Shown: positions 28,046 through 38,581, counted from the first letter of the stretch. The stretch is DNA of 64,000 bases from an uncultured Staphylococcaceae bacterium (GCA_964410505.1 CAYPGR010000002.1:15939-79938); one strand, 5' to 3'. The notes: generated by a model not told the origin, from the letters alone. A program made the numbers and translations.

Positions 28046-28855
28046 ATGAAGAAACATTTGACCCTCGATGCCTATGGCGCCAAAAATCTACATCTAGACG
28101 ATATTAAATACATTAATGACGTTTTAAATAAAGTTATTTATGAATTAAAACTCGATCCAGTTACCCCGCCCCAACTTATTCCTTATTACTACGGAAAGGT
28201 AAAAGAGGACATTGGTGTCACCGCCTATATGCTTTTAGAAGGGGGGCATATTACGATTCATACCTTCCCATTACGTGAATGTTATTTTGTCGACCTATTT
28301 GTACCGACTTCATTTGATGATAAACGGGCCCTTGAGTTATTCCATGAACTTTTACCATATAAATTTGATATGAGTTTATCGGAAGTAGTCGATCGTGATC
28401 AAAAAGAATTAGAAAGTTATGAATATGATCCAAATACTGATTTTGGGCCGCATATTATGAATGAAATTGTGGCGAAAAGTGTGCCGACGATGGAAACATT
28501 TTATGATTTCCTTGAAAACTTTGTCACCAAAATTAATATGGATCCAATTACCCGCGCGAGTGTCCATAAATCAACCGTCCTTAAACCAAAATATCTCTCA
28601 GGCATTATTATTATTGCCCAAAGCCATGTCGCTCTTCACTATAACTATAAAACCAAAACCATCATGGCGGATGTTTTTAGTTGTGCCCCGTTTGATTTTA
28701 GTTTAATGCGCGATTTTTATGCTGAACTCGGTGATACTGTCAGTGATCGTTTGATTGCCCGTGGAACGAAACATATTTATAAAGTGCGTTCCAAAGTTAA
28801 AAAAGACGACTTACGAGCCTCAACCAGGTGGCAAAAGGCGATGAAAATCAAGTAG
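28046..28855 (+). CDS. Tandem-domain pyruvoyl-dependent decarboxylase proenzyme of the AdoMetDC/SpeD fold
   Basis: Domain 1: KHLTLDAYG...GVTAYMLLEGGHITIHTFP...VDLFV. Domain 2: FGPHI...SGIIIIAQSHVALH...DVFSC. Confidence 0.75.
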   Translation: MKKHLTLDAYGAKNLHLDDIKYINDVLNKVIYELKLDPVTPPQLIPYYYGKVKEDIGVTAYMLLEGGHITIHTFPLRECYFVDLFVPTSFDDKRALELFHELLPYKFDMSLSEVVDRDQKELESYEYDPNTDFGPHIMNEIVAKSVPTMETFYDFLENFVTKINMDPITRASVHKSTVLKPKYLSGIIIIAQSHVALHYNYKTKTIMADVFSCAPFDFSLMRDFYAELGDTVSDRLIARGTKHIYKVRSKVKKDDLRASTRWQKAMKIK

Positions 28856-29780
28856 TCGGAAAAGCGTTGTGATAGTCGATTTTAATTAGTAAAAATTGTT
28901 TGATTTCAGATAAGATAGCATAAAGTAACGCGCGGTGTTCAAATTCATCGCGCGTTTTTGGTAGGGGAAGTTGGCGGTAGTGATTAAGCAATGTGTCATG
29001 CTCGATTAAAAGTTCAGCGGCATAATTTTCTTGACCTATACGACCATTAAACATGCCTAGATAAGCAAGAATCTTATCTTTATAAGGTGAAGGATATAAT
29101 TTCGAAAGGGTGTCAATAATCCGTTCAAGGATTTTTATTTGCTCACCCCGAACATTCATATAATAAAGAGCCGCACTAATATTTGCGACGCGATAATTAT
29201 CAAGCGCAACTTGCATACTATTTTTTGTGTCACTTAGAATCCGATTGACCTGGGTAAAGTCATAGCGCTCATTTTTTTCAATATAGGTAAAGATGGTGGA
29301 AATTTCTTGATCAAGTTTTGCTTGTTGGTTTACTAGAATAGTTGATTTTTTAAAGGTGAAGAGGTTAAGCAAAAGAGCGGGGACTGTCCCGATAATCATG
29401 ATGATGAGGGCGTTTAATGGAGCCCAGGTTGTTCTTTCGGCCCATTGTTGACCGATTAAAACGAGGGCAATGGTCGCCCCACTTTCTAGTCTTACAAGGT
29501 ATAAGACTGCTAAGACGGTAAAAACCATGATAAATAGATTAACAATGGTGTAGCCGAAGACGAAGAAGAGAAGGGCACTAATAGCGAGGCCAATGAGACT
29601 TGAAATTAAGCGGGTGACGGCCGTTTTAACGACCGTATCACGGCTGTACCATGAATGAAGAATTGCAATCACGCCAGCTGTATAACTATAAGGAAGACTG
29701 AAGAGTTCAGCAATGAGAAAACTAGTGATAAAACCGATGAGCATTTTAAGATAGAGGGAGAGTCGTAATTTCTTTTCCAT
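28848..29780 (-). CDS. Aromatic acid exporter (ArAE_1/YqjA-like) family protein
   Basis: N-terminal TM helices (TAGVIAIL), C-terminal LPLPKTRDEFEHRALLY. Confidence 0.8.
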   Translation of the reverse strand: MEKKLRLSLYLKMLIGFITSFLIAELFSLPYSYTAGVIAILHSWYSRDTVVKTAVTRLISSLIGLAISALLFFVFGYTIVNLFIMVFTVLAVLYLVRLESGATIALVLIGQQWAERTTWAPLNALIIMIIGTVPALLLNLFTFKKSTILVNQQAKLDQEISTIFTYIEKNERYDFTQVNRILSDTKNSMQVALDNYRVANISAALYYMNVRGEQIKILERIIDTLSKLYPSPYKDKILAYLGMFNGRIGQENYAAELLIEHDTLLNHYRQLPLPKTRDEFEHRALLYAILSEIKQFLLIKIDYHNAFPTT

Positions 29781-29892
29781 ACCTTCATCATATCAAAAAT
29801 AGGCGTATGAAATGAAAGATTAATCTCTTTTATTATTTTTTCGTGTAAACTAATTATTAGATGTATATTACTTATAAATAAAGGGGTAATCT

Positions 29893-31422
29893 ATGAATTT
29901 ATTTAAAACCTATAAAGGTGATAAAGTCCCACCTTTAACGAAATACGTTTTTTCGTTTACGGGCATTGGTCGTGATGCCGCTTATACACTCATTAATTTA
30001 TTCTTAATGATGTATTTACAACTCACATTACCGGAAAGTGATGCGGGTCAATATAAGACCATGATTTTTGTGATCATGATGGCGATGCTCGTGATTCACT
30101 TATGGGATGGTTTTAACGATCCGATCATTGGTTCTCTCATTGAGAATGCTCGTTTTAAACTCGGTAAATTTAAACCATGGATTTTATTTGGCGGGATTAT
30201 TAATGGTCTTTTATTAATGGTGCTCTTTAGTTTCCGTCCGTTTGGGGGATGGGGCTATGTCGCTTTCTTCCTCGTCATCTATTTATTATGGGAAATATCG
30301 TTTACTTTCAATGATATTGGGTATTGGGGCATGGTCCCAAGCTTAACCCGTGATCCAAAACAACGCAATCAAATTACGATGTTAATGGCCATCGCAGTCA
30401 ATATTGGGGCTTTTACCGTCGGTGCGATTGTCCCGGATTTATATCCAGGACGGGCCATCGTCGCATTTAGAAGTCTCAGTATTATTATTGGTTCGATTTA
30501 TATCTTTTCACAACTACTCATTGTCTTTTTATGCAAAGAAAGAGATCGCAGTGAAATCGATTCAATTGAAAAGATTAAAGTGCGCGATATCTTTAAAGTA
30601 ATCGTCAATAACAAACCACTTTTAGTGATGCTTTTTGCGATTGTCCTTCATTACCTTTCGGGCTCGATGTTTAATAACTTAGGCCAAAATTATATGCACT
30701 TTGTGTTTGGTTATAAAGAAGCGTGGCAAGCCTTTTTCTACTTCTTAATTGCTTACGCCTTTGGTTCGATTATGGCAAACTTTATCTTTGGTTTTCTTGT
30801 CAAAAAACACACTCGCGCCCAAATCCTTAAAGGAGCGATCATTATCTCGTCAGTTGGGAACGCACTATTATTCCTTGTAGGCTCGCTTCACGCGTTTGGA
30901 CTTTTGCCAATCGCCGATAATTTATATCAATATGTGCTGCCAGTCCTCGCTTTAATTATTTTCACACCACAAGGGGTCTTTTATCTCGTCCTTCTGGTCC
31001 AAATCACCAATACAGTTGAATATAACGAATGGAAAACAGGTGATCGCAAAGAAGGGGTGGTATTTGCCGCCCGACCATTTGCCGCCAAAATTAGTAATGC
31101 CATTACTGTTCTTGTTGTCTTCTTGACCTTGAGTGCGGGTGGCGTCTATACCATTACTAACCAAATCAGTGAATTTGAAGTTCAAGGTGAAAAGCTTGGA
31201 TGGACCGATACGTACATTGCCGAACAAGCACAAGCGGCAATTGATGCTGCTAATAAGAGTCAAGCCCAATTTGCGCTTATTGCTGGGATGGCGTTATTAC
31301 CATTAGTTTGTAACTTAGCGGCCTACGTTCTCATTAAACGGAAATATCCGATTGATGAAAAAATGTATGACGAAATGCTCGTTGATATTGATAAACGCCG
31401 GATGATTACGGATATTCTCTAA
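29893..31422 (+). CDS. Glycoside-pentoside-hexuronide (MelB-like) MFS sugar:cation symporter
   Basis: GIGRD, WDGFNDPIIG, GKFKPW, NDIGYWGMVPSLT, NTVEYNEWKTGDRKEG. Confidence 0.9.
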   Translation: MNLFKTYKGDKVPPLTKYVFSFTGIGRDAAYTLINLFLMMYLQLTLPESDAGQYKTMIFVIMMAMLVIHLWDGFNDPIIGSLIENARFKLGKFKPWILFGGIINGLLLMVLFSFRPFGGWGYVAFFLVIYLLWEISFTFNDIGYWGMVPSLTRDPKQRNQITMLMAIAVNIGAFTVGAIVPDLYPGRAIVAFRSLSIIIGSIYIFSQLLIVFLCKERDRSEIDSIEKIKVRDIFKVIVNNKPLLVMLFAIVLHYLSGSMFNNLGQNYMHFVFGYKEAWQAFFYFLIAYAFGSIMANFIFGFLVKKHTRAQILKGAIIISSVGNALLFLVGSLHAFGLLPIADNLYQYVLPVLALIIFTPQGVFYLVLLVQITNTVEYNEWKTGDRKEGVVFAARPFAAKISNAITVLVVFLTLSAGGVYTITNQISEFEVQGEKLGWTDTYIAEQAQAAIDAANKSQAQFALIAGMALLPLVCNLAAYVLIKRKYPIDEKMYDEMLVDIDKRRMITDIL

Positions 31423-31438
31423 CCGCTCAAATTTAAAG

Positions 31439-31478
31439 AAAAGAACCATCTTTAGTAACGATTGATGGTTCTTTTTTT
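31439..31478. terminator. Bidirectional intrinsic terminator
   Basis: AAGAACCATC...GATGGTTCTT flanked by A- and T-tracts between convergent genes. Confidence 0.8.
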
Positions 31479-31479
31479 G

Positions 31480-32229
31480 TTAACTTAATTCCGTTTGCGG
31501 TTTCGGACGAATGAAGACGTCTAAGCCTTCATTACGTTTTTCAAACCCATTACTGAGGAAGAATTGCAGGGCTTTGCCTTTGAATCCGTAGTTACGGGGA
31601 TCAAAACCCGGATATTTTCGAACTAAGGTGTTGTTGGTATTGCTCCAATACGCCCAGCCATTTTCATCACAAGATTCATTAATGATATTCGTGACGACAT
31701 CGACAAGGTCATCAAGTGCGATGATTCCTTCGTCAACTTCTTGTCCATTGGTCGTGGTCTTCGTTTTCCGTTTTGGTTTGGTGTTTTTATCGCGAATGGT
31801 TTTAATTTTATCAAGATAAATGAAGAGATCAACAGAGTTTACGAGTGAGAGTGGGGTTTTACTTTCGCCCATACCAATAATAAATTTATTATTTTGGCGA
31901 AGACGACTAACGAGTCTAGTAAAATCACTATCACTACTGACGAGGACAAAGCCTTCAACGCGGTCGGCATATAAGATATCCATGGCATCGATGATAAGGG
32001 TAAAGTCACTTGTACTTTTGCCGCTGACATACGATACTTGTTGAATTTGTTCTAAATTATACTCGATACATTTATTACGCCATTTGCCAAGGTTACTACT
32101 TGCCCAATCGCCATAAATGCGCCGATAAGTTAGATTGCCATGTTTATTGGCTTCATCACGAATAATTGACATATACTCTGAAGAAATATTCTCTGCATCA
32201 ATTAAAAGCGCGAAATTTTTTTCGGCCAT
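31480..32229 (-). CDS. NYN domain protein (PIN-like fold) with a C-terminal OST-HTH/LOTUS-like domain
   Basis: LLIDAEN, RIYGDW, DFTLIIDAMD, VSSDSDF, YPGFDPRNYG. Confidence 0.88.
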   Translation of the reverse strand: MAEKNFALLIDAENISSEYMSIIRDEANKHGNLTYRRIYGDWASSNLGKWRNKCIEYNLEQIQQVSYVSGKSTSDFTLIIDAMDILYADRVEGFVLVSSDSDFTRLVSRLRQNNKFIIGMGESKTPLSLVNSVDLFIYLDKIKTIRDKNTKPKRKTKTTTNGQEVDEGIIALDDLVDVVTNIINESCDENGWAYWSNTNNTLVRKYPGFDPRNYGFKGKALQFFLSNGFEKRNEGLDVFIRPKPQTELS

Positions 32230-32241
32230 GATTGCTCCTTT

Positions 32242-34560
32242 CTATTTAACGGTGAGGTTAAATGATTTTGTTGTGTTTTGTACACTGATGGTTATTGTAG
32301 CACTTCCGACTTCTCTTACTGAGCGAATATACAAAGTTAAACAACCGGCGTGTAATGTTTGGGTCAGGGGGCCAACAAGCTTGATCGGTCCAGTTGTTGA
32401 AATATTGACTGGACTAAAGTCATAGGTATTTCGAAGCGGAGAGGTACTTTCAATGTGAATCATCGTCATATCATAGGTGTCACCATTACGTAGTTCGTCT
32501 TTATGGCAAGTAATTTGGTACGAGGTTGTGGTAGTTTGATTAAGTTGGGTCCGTGCGACTTCTTTTCCTTTTTTGTCGTATCCAACGAGTTCATAGCCTG
32601 CGGATTTATACCCCCAAGCGGCAATGTTTTGGGTCCATAAATCCACGAGATCATCTCGTTTGATTCGATATTTTAAGATAAGCAATCCTAAGCGGATTTT
32701 TTGTCCGATGGATAAACGATTAAAGTTGTGGGTGGCGGCGAAATTTAATAGCTTTGCAACGCGTTTACGATCTTTTTTACTAAAAGTAATATTGCTAATA
32801 AAGTCTTCACTCACAAAGGTATCTAAAATAAACGGTGGGTTTGGTAAGTTTTTATATAAATCTTTGCGCGGATAATGAGTCTTTAAAAGGACACCATTTT
32901 TAAAAATTTTAAGATGATTAGCGTTACTTAAGACCATGGTTTCGTATAAGCGGCTCTCTGGGAGGTCACCATTATCACCTTTAAAAAGCGGAAAGAGGAC
33001 TGGTTTTTCACTAAAGTTTGCCATATAGGCATAAGCGGCTGGTTTTGGATGACGGAAACTATCAAGAATACCGTGATAGCAAATTTTATCGCCACTACCA
33101 AATTCTTTATGGGTGTAGTAATCATGCATGCACCAAGGAGAGATGCCGATCATATCTTGGTTTTTAAAAAACGCATCGAGGACCGCAAGATGTCTTTTCG
33201 TGTGACTTTCAAGGATTAACGGATTATCAAATGGCTTAGTCGGATACATATGGCCATTATTTTCACTCACGATATAAGGTTTCTTGCTTTTGGTAATTTT
33301 CTTTTTAGGCTCTAAACCACGATTCGTACCATCATGACTGAAGTCGTTATAAGAATAGATATCTTCCAGTGGTTCACTATTAGCGAAGTTTCGTGTGCCT
33401 GTTGTGGGACGATATGGATCAAGTTTTTTCGCAAGGGCTTGTCCTTTTTCATACATTGGATGGTCAACTGACTCATTAATCCGGATTGACCAGGCAATGA
33501 TACTTGGATGGTTGTAGTCGCGGGTGATCATCGTTTCGATATTTTGAAGGTGAATGGTTTGCCACTTTTCGTCACCAATATATTGCCATCCAGGTACCTC
33601 ATTAATAACGAGAAGGCCTAAATAATCGCAGGCATCTAAAAAGTGACGACTGGGTGGATAATGCGAGCAACGAACATAATTGACACCTAATTCTTTAAGG
33701 GCGACCACATCGCTAAATTGTAGGTAACTGGTAGCTGCCCCGCCTAGATAGGGGAATGTTTCATGACGGTTTAAGCCGACAAGTGGGGTTTTAACTCCGT
33801 TTAAATAGAAGCTTTCTTCGGTAAACAAAAGATCCCTAAAGCCAAAGGGGTAACCATAATATAAGTCGTTACCACCATGGCTTAGTTTTACTCTTAAGTA
33901 ATAAAGATGGGGATCATTTAATGTCCAGATGAGCGGCTTATCAATCTTAAAAGAGGAAGCAGTGGTTTCGAAAAATAATGTGAGGTCATCAAATACTTGA
34001 TAGGTGATTTCATAGTCGACATTATTGAGGTTTCTTACGTATGGTGAAAGTGTAACTAAGCCATTTTGGCGCGCGTCGATTTTAATACTAATTAGATCAA
34101 GTGGTTCATAAATATGAAGGGAGACTTCACGATAAATGCCGCTAAACGGAAGGAAATCAACGGTATTTCCAAATGGTGGGGCATTAACTGCCTCCGAACC
34201 ATTGACTTTGAGAACCAAGAGATTGAGACCTTCTTTTAGTGATGCTGTGATATCGATTTGGACTTCCATGTAGGGACGAGTGTAACAACCGATATGATTA
34301 CCATTAATATAGAGGTCAAACTGATTATTGATTCCCTCAAAGCAGAGCATATATTGATTATGGGGGGAGTAGTTAGAAATAGTAATCTCTTTTGCATAGG
34401 TCCCGATGATTTGGAAACTTTTTTCATCAAAGTAATTAAATGGGAAATCAACCATATTATGAGGAAGATCAACGAGGGTCGCATTTTTGGGGACACTGGT
34501 GGTGTATTCCATACTAAAAGAAGGAATAAATGACCATTCGAAATTAAGTGCATGTTTCAT
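32242..34560 (-). CDS. Glycoside hydrolase family 2 beta-galactosidase
   Basis: GLNRHETFPYLG, RCSHYP, NHPSIIAWSIRINES, SENNGHM. Confidence 0.9.
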   Translation of the reverse strand: MKHALNFEWSFIPSFSMEYTTSVPKNATLVDLPHNMVDFPFNYFDEKSFQIIGTYAKEITISNYSPHNQYMLCFEGINNQFDLYINGNHIGCYTRPYMEVQIDITASLKEGLNLLVLKVNGSEAVNAPPFGNTVDFLPFSGIYREVSLHIYEPLDLISIKIDARQNGLVTLSPYVRNLNNVDYEITYQVFDDLTLFFETTASSFKIDKPLIWTLNDPHLYYLRVKLSHGGNDLYYGYPFGFRDLLFTEESFYLNGVKTPLVGLNRHETFPYLGGAATSYLQFSDVVALKELGVNYVRCSHYPPSRHFLDACDYLGLLVINEVPGWQYIGDEKWQTIHLQNIETMITRDYNHPSIIAWSIRINESVDHPMYEKGQALAKKLDPYRPTTGTRNFANSEPLEDIYSYNDFSHDGTNRGLEPKKKITKSKKPYIVSENNGHMYPTKPFDNPLILESHTKRHLAVLDAFFKNQDMIGISPWCMHDYYTHKEFGSGDKICYHGILDSFRHPKPAAYAYMANFSEKPVLFPLFKGDNGDLPESRLYETMVLSNANHLKIFKNGVLLKTHYPRKDLYKNLPNPPFILDTFVSEDFISNITFSKKDRKRVAKLLNFAATHNFNRLSIGQKIRLGLLILKYRIKRDDLVDLWTQNIAAWGYKSAGYELVGYDKKGKEVARTQLNQTTTTSYQITCHKDELRNGDTYDMTMIHIESTSPLRNTYDFSPVNISTTGPIKLVGPLTQTLHAGCLTLYIRSVREVGSATITISVQNTTKSFNLTVK

Positions 34561-34634
34561 GTTTCTATTTTAGCATTAAAACGAGCCGACTATCTAGGTA
34601 TTTATTAAAGCGCGTTGTATGTTAAAATTATTGT

Positions 34635-36980
34635 ATGGAAAATACATATATACACTTAACAACCGATCTTTCCTCTTATGTTTTAATGGTGAATAATCAT
34701 CGCCATCTAGAAAACTTATATTATGGCTCGCGCCTAAGTGAAAATGAAGATTTGTCGATTTTGATAAACAAGCAAAAGAACTTGCTCGGGACCTCGACGA
34801 ATTATAGGGCGGAAAAAGAGGATGTCTATTGTCTTGATTTTCTAAATTTAGAAGTCGGGGCAATTGGAAAAGGTGACTATCGTAAACCAAGCATCCTCAT
34901 CGAACATTCGAAAGGATATGCGAGTGATTTCATTGTTAAAGAACATGGGTTCGCCCCACTTTCCGTTTTAGTGCGCAATGAACTGCCGATTCCGCATGGT
35001 TCCGACCAATACTTTTATGTGTTACTAGAAGATGTAATCAGTGGTGTGACACTTAAAATCGATTATTTAGTTTTCAAAAAAGCAAATGTCATTGCTCGGC
35101 GTTATGTTCTTTTTGGGAATGGCCAAAAAGTAGTCAAAGCCAGTAGTTTCAACCTTGACCTTGATAATCAGCATTTTGAGATTTATTCTACTTATGGCAC
35201 GTGGGCCAATGAAATGCATCCCGTTCGTCATCGCCTAGTACCCGGTGTCTTTGAAGTATCCACGAATGCTGGACCGAGTAGCAACCGCCATAATCCGTTC
35301 TTTCTCTTACTTAATGAAGATACTTCTCTTGATCAAGGGGTTGCTTATGGGTTTAACCTCCTTTATAGTGGACCTTTCAAAGCGACCGCTGAACTGACCT
35401 TCGCCAATAAACTTCGTCTACAACATGGCATTAATGATGAAACCTTTAGTAGTATGCTGATAGCAGATGAACCTTTTATCACTCCGTTTTCGGTGATGAC
35501 CTTTAGTGCAGACGGCGAAAATGGCGTAAGTGCCCATTTCCATGATTTTGTAAAAGGACATGTGGTCCGTCAAGAATATGCGGACAAAGTACGGCCTATT
35601 TTACTAAATAACTGGGAAGCAACCTACTTTGATTTCACTGAAAAGAAGATTAAAGATTTGATGGTCGCTGCCAAGCAAATTGGGATTGAACTTTTTGTGC
35701 TTGATGATGGCTGGTTTAATCATCGCCATGATGACTATGGCGGTTTAGGTTATTATGATGTGAATATGAAGAAATTACCACATGGCCTTAAGGGTTTAAG
35801 TGATTTTGCAACCAAAGAGGGACTTCAGTTTGGTTTATGGTTTGAACCAGAGATGGTAAGTGCTGATCATGACATTTTTAAAACGAAGCCTTCGTGGGTT
35901 GTTCAGATTCCCGGGGTAACCCCGAGCACTGGTCGATTCCAATATGCGCTTAATCTCGCTCTTGATGAAGTGGTTGATTATATTATCTCAAATGTAAAAA
36001 AGGTATTAGATTCGGCAGATATTCGGTATGTCAAATGGGATTATAATCGAAATCTTAGTGATTTTTATACGGCGACCCAAGCATTTTCGACTTTCTTTTA
36101 TGATTACACGCGCGGTTTATATCGCATTCTTGATACATTAACTAAGGCTTATCCCCATATCTTGTGGGAAGGATGTGCCAGTGGCGGGAATCGTTTTGAT
36201 TTAGGGGTCCTCTCTTTTTTTGATCAAATATGGGTTAGTGATTGTAGTGATGCTTATGAACGAATTCGCATGCATACGGTGCTTGCCAAAGCTTATCCAT
36301 TAAGTGTGATGTCTGGCCATGTAAGTGCGGTCCCCAATCACCAAATGTTACGGGATTTACCGCTTCAAACGCGCTTCAATAACGCATTTATGACCGGTGG
36401 CTTTGGTTATGAGCTGGATGTTACTAAACTATTACCTAAAGAGGTTAAAGCATTAAAAACTTATAATGGAATCGCTAAACTTTTTCAATCAGTCGTCGTT
36501 AATGGTCGCTATCGAGAACTCAGATCAAATAGTGCAAAAAATAAAACAACTTTTGGTGTGATTGCTCCGGACCAAAGTTACGCGATTGTGTTGATCAGTA
36601 ATCATATCCATTCAACCCTTCCAGAAGTAAGCAAATTGCCCGCAATACCGCTAGATGAAGAAGCAATGTATGAGGTCTATACACTCGATCAAGCGACGGA
36701 TATTACGCGTTTTGGTAGTTTACTAAAACGCGTCCTCCCCAAATTTATCAACTATGATGGGACAATTATTCGCTATTTAAACAAACGAAAAACAAGTGAA
36801 GAACTCATCAAGACACCGGTCAAAGAAAAATACGTTGTGAGCGGGGTAGCTTTAAAGGCTGGGGCGCTGACCTTATATCCAGAGTGGACCGCAACCGGAG
36901 TGAGTGATTCAACGAGAATTTTACGAGACTTTGGAAGTATTTTATACTTCATTACCAAAAAAGATGAGGATTTGTCATAA
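34635..36980 (+). CDS. Alpha-galactosidase, GH36
   Basis: NNWEATYFDF, FVLDDGWF, FGLWFEPEM, YVKWDYN, EGCASGGNRFD, WVSDCSD. Confidence 0.93.
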   Translation: MENTYIHLTTDLSSYVLMVNNHRHLENLYYGSRLSENEDLSILINKQKNLLGTSTNYRAEKEDVYCLDFLNLEVGAIGKGDYRKPSILIEHSKGYASDFIVKEHGFAPLSVLVRNELPIPHGSDQYFYVLLEDVISGVTLKIDYLVFKKANVIARRYVLFGNGQKVVKASSFNLDLDNQHFEIYSTYGTWANEMHPVRHRLVPGVFEVSTNAGPSSNRHNPFFLLLNEDTSLDQGVAYGFNLLYSGPFKATAELTFANKLRLQHGINDETFSSMLIADEPFITPFSVMTFSADGENGVSAHFHDFVKGHVVRQEYADKVRPILLNNWEATYFDFTEKKIKDLMVAAKQIGIELFVLDDGWFNHRHDDYGGLGYYDVNMKKLPHGLKGLSDFATKEGLQFGLWFEPEMVSADHDIFKTKPSWVVQIPGVTPSTGRFQYALNLALDEVVDYIISNVKKVLDSADIRYVKWDYNRNLSDFYTATQAFSTFFYDYTRGLYRILDTLTKAYPHILWEGCASGGNRFDLGVLSFFDQIWVSDCSDAYERIRMHTVLAKAYPLSVMSGHVSAVPNHQMLRDLPLQTRFNNAFMTGGFGYELDVTKLLPKEVKALKTYNGIAKLFQSVVVNGRYRELRSNSAKNKTTFGVIAPDQSYAIVLISNHIHSTLPEVSKLPAIPLDEEAMYEVYTLDQATDITRFGSLLKRVLPKFINYDGTIIRYLNKRKTSEELIKTPVKEKYVVSGVALKAGALTLYPEWTATGVSDSTRILRDFGSILYFITKKDEDLS

Positions 36981-37003
36981 TAGATGGGAATCGAGGTACG
37001 ACC

Positions 37004-38512
37004 ATGTTAGAAATCTTAGTTGAAAAAATATTAATTTATGGTGAAGCAAAACTTGCTTTGAGTCCTGAAGATATTAATTATTACCGTAATGTATTACTTT
37101 TTAAATTCGGTTTGAAAAAACCATATAAGGGTGTCATTAACGTGAGTGAAATCAATAGTTTGACGAACCCAAGTGCCCTCATTTCTGAACTAGAAACAGC
37201 GCTTAAAAATGAAAGTTTACCGCATCTATCGATCCAAGATCCAGAAGCCATTATTACGGATATTCTAGGCATGATGACCCCCATTCCGAGTGTAGTCAAT
37301 TACCATTTCCGGGGACATGCTAAAAAAGATCCAGATCTTGCAATCAAATATTTACACGATATGAGTATTGCCAATAATTACATTCAACAAGCCAAAGTAG
37401 CGCAGAATATACGATGGCGCGCGTCGGTTGGTGAAAATTATTATGAGATGACCATCAATCTTGCAAAACCTGAAAAAGATAATAAAGATGTCGCTAAAGT
37501 CTTACAAGAAAAGCCAGAAGACAAATACCCAAGTTGTTTGTTATGTCTTGAAAACGTTGGGTTCGGTGGCAATGATTATACACCGCCGCGTCAAAATTTA
37601 CGTTCCGTTCCCCTCATGCTTGATAAAGAGGAATGGTATTTACAATACTCACCCTTTGTTTATTATAAAGACCACCTCATTGTCATTAGCAAAGAACATA
37701 AACCGATGACCATTACGCCACGCATCTTTGCAAAGTTAGTGGCCTTCGTCGATCAATTTCCGAATCTTTTTATTGGCAGTAATAGTGATATCCCCATCGT
37801 TGGTGGTTCCATTCTCAATCACGAACATTTCCAAGGGGGCGCCCTTGTCATGCCAATCTTTGAAGCAAAAGACCGGGTTGTCATTAAACATAAGCACGAC
37901 CGTAAAATTAAAATAAGTATTCTTAACTGGCAAAGTAATGTCGTGAAGTTAGAATCTACTTCCAAAGGGCTCTTATTAGAAATGGCCGCGAAGATCAGTG
38001 AGAAGTGGCTTAATTATGAAAATATCGATTTAGGTATTATTCCTTTTACAGGTGAGACACGTCACGCCGCAGTCACGCCAATTGTGATGAAAAACAAACG
38101 TAAATATATCATGTATATCGTTTTACGTAATAACCGGACGGATGAGACCTATCCAACGGGAATCTTCCATGCGCACCCAGAATTCCATCATATTAAAAAA
38201 GAGGGGATTGGCCTCATTGAACAAATGGGAACCTTTATCTTGCCAGCCCGTCTGAAAGCAGAATTTGCTTTAATCGAAGAACTCTACTATGAAGGGGTTA
38301 AAAAAGATAAGATGCTTAGTGATTACCCAAGTATTGCTAAACATCAAGCCTTTATCGATAGACTATTTACGGACGAGGTAAAAGAACCTGAATATGAAGC
38401 GTATAGCCGGGCATATATGACCGATGTTTGTCATCAAGTCTTAGCTAATACAGCTTGCTTCAAGGATGATGATGAAGGTCGGAATGCCTTTGAAAAGTTC
38501 TTAAAAATATAG
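37004..38512 (+). CDS. galT: Galactose-1-phosphate uridylyltransferase (Firmicutes type II)
   Basis: TINLAKPEKD, YPSCLLCLEN, QYSPFVYY, GGSILNHEHFQGG, HIKKEGIGLIE. Confidence 0.93.
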   Translation: MLEILVEKILIYGEAKLALSPEDINYYRNVLLFKFGLKKPYKGVINVSEINSLTNPSALISELETALKNESLPHLSIQDPEAIITDILGMMTPIPSVVNYHFRGHAKKDPDLAIKYLHDMSIANNYIQQAKVAQNIRWRASVGENYYEMTINLAKPEKDNKDVAKVLQEKPEDKYPSCLLCLENVGFGGNDYTPPRQNLRSVPLMLDKEEWYLQYSPFVYYKDHLIVISKEHKPMTITPRIFAKLVAFVDQFPNLFIGSNSDIPIVGGSILNHEHFQGGALVMPIFEAKDRVVIKHKHDRKIKISILNWQSNVVKLESTSKGLLLEMAAKISEKWLNYENIDLGIIPFTGETRHAAVTPIVMKNKRKYIMYIVLRNNRTDETYPTGIFHAHPEFHHIKKEGIGLIEQMGTFILPARLKAEFALIEELYYEGVKKDKMLSDYPSIAKHQAFIDRLFTDEVKEPEYEAYSRAYMTDVCHQVLANTACFKDDDEGRNAFEKFLKI

Positions 38513-38581
38513 GTTTCATTAATTTAATTCGATAAAGCCTTAAAAGTGGTATTTTTCCCTATATTTTGATAAAGTAAACGC

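Noticed and set aside
29817-29826. Perfect palindrome AGATTAATCT between the exporter and the sugar permease
   Set aside because: A 10-bp AT-rich palindrome is expected by chance in 64 kb, and I saw no second copy at the other galactoside promoters.
32135-32425. 96 aa plus-strand ORF spanning the GH2/NYN junction
   Set aside because: It overlaps two well-supported minus-strand genes and has no motif or SD.
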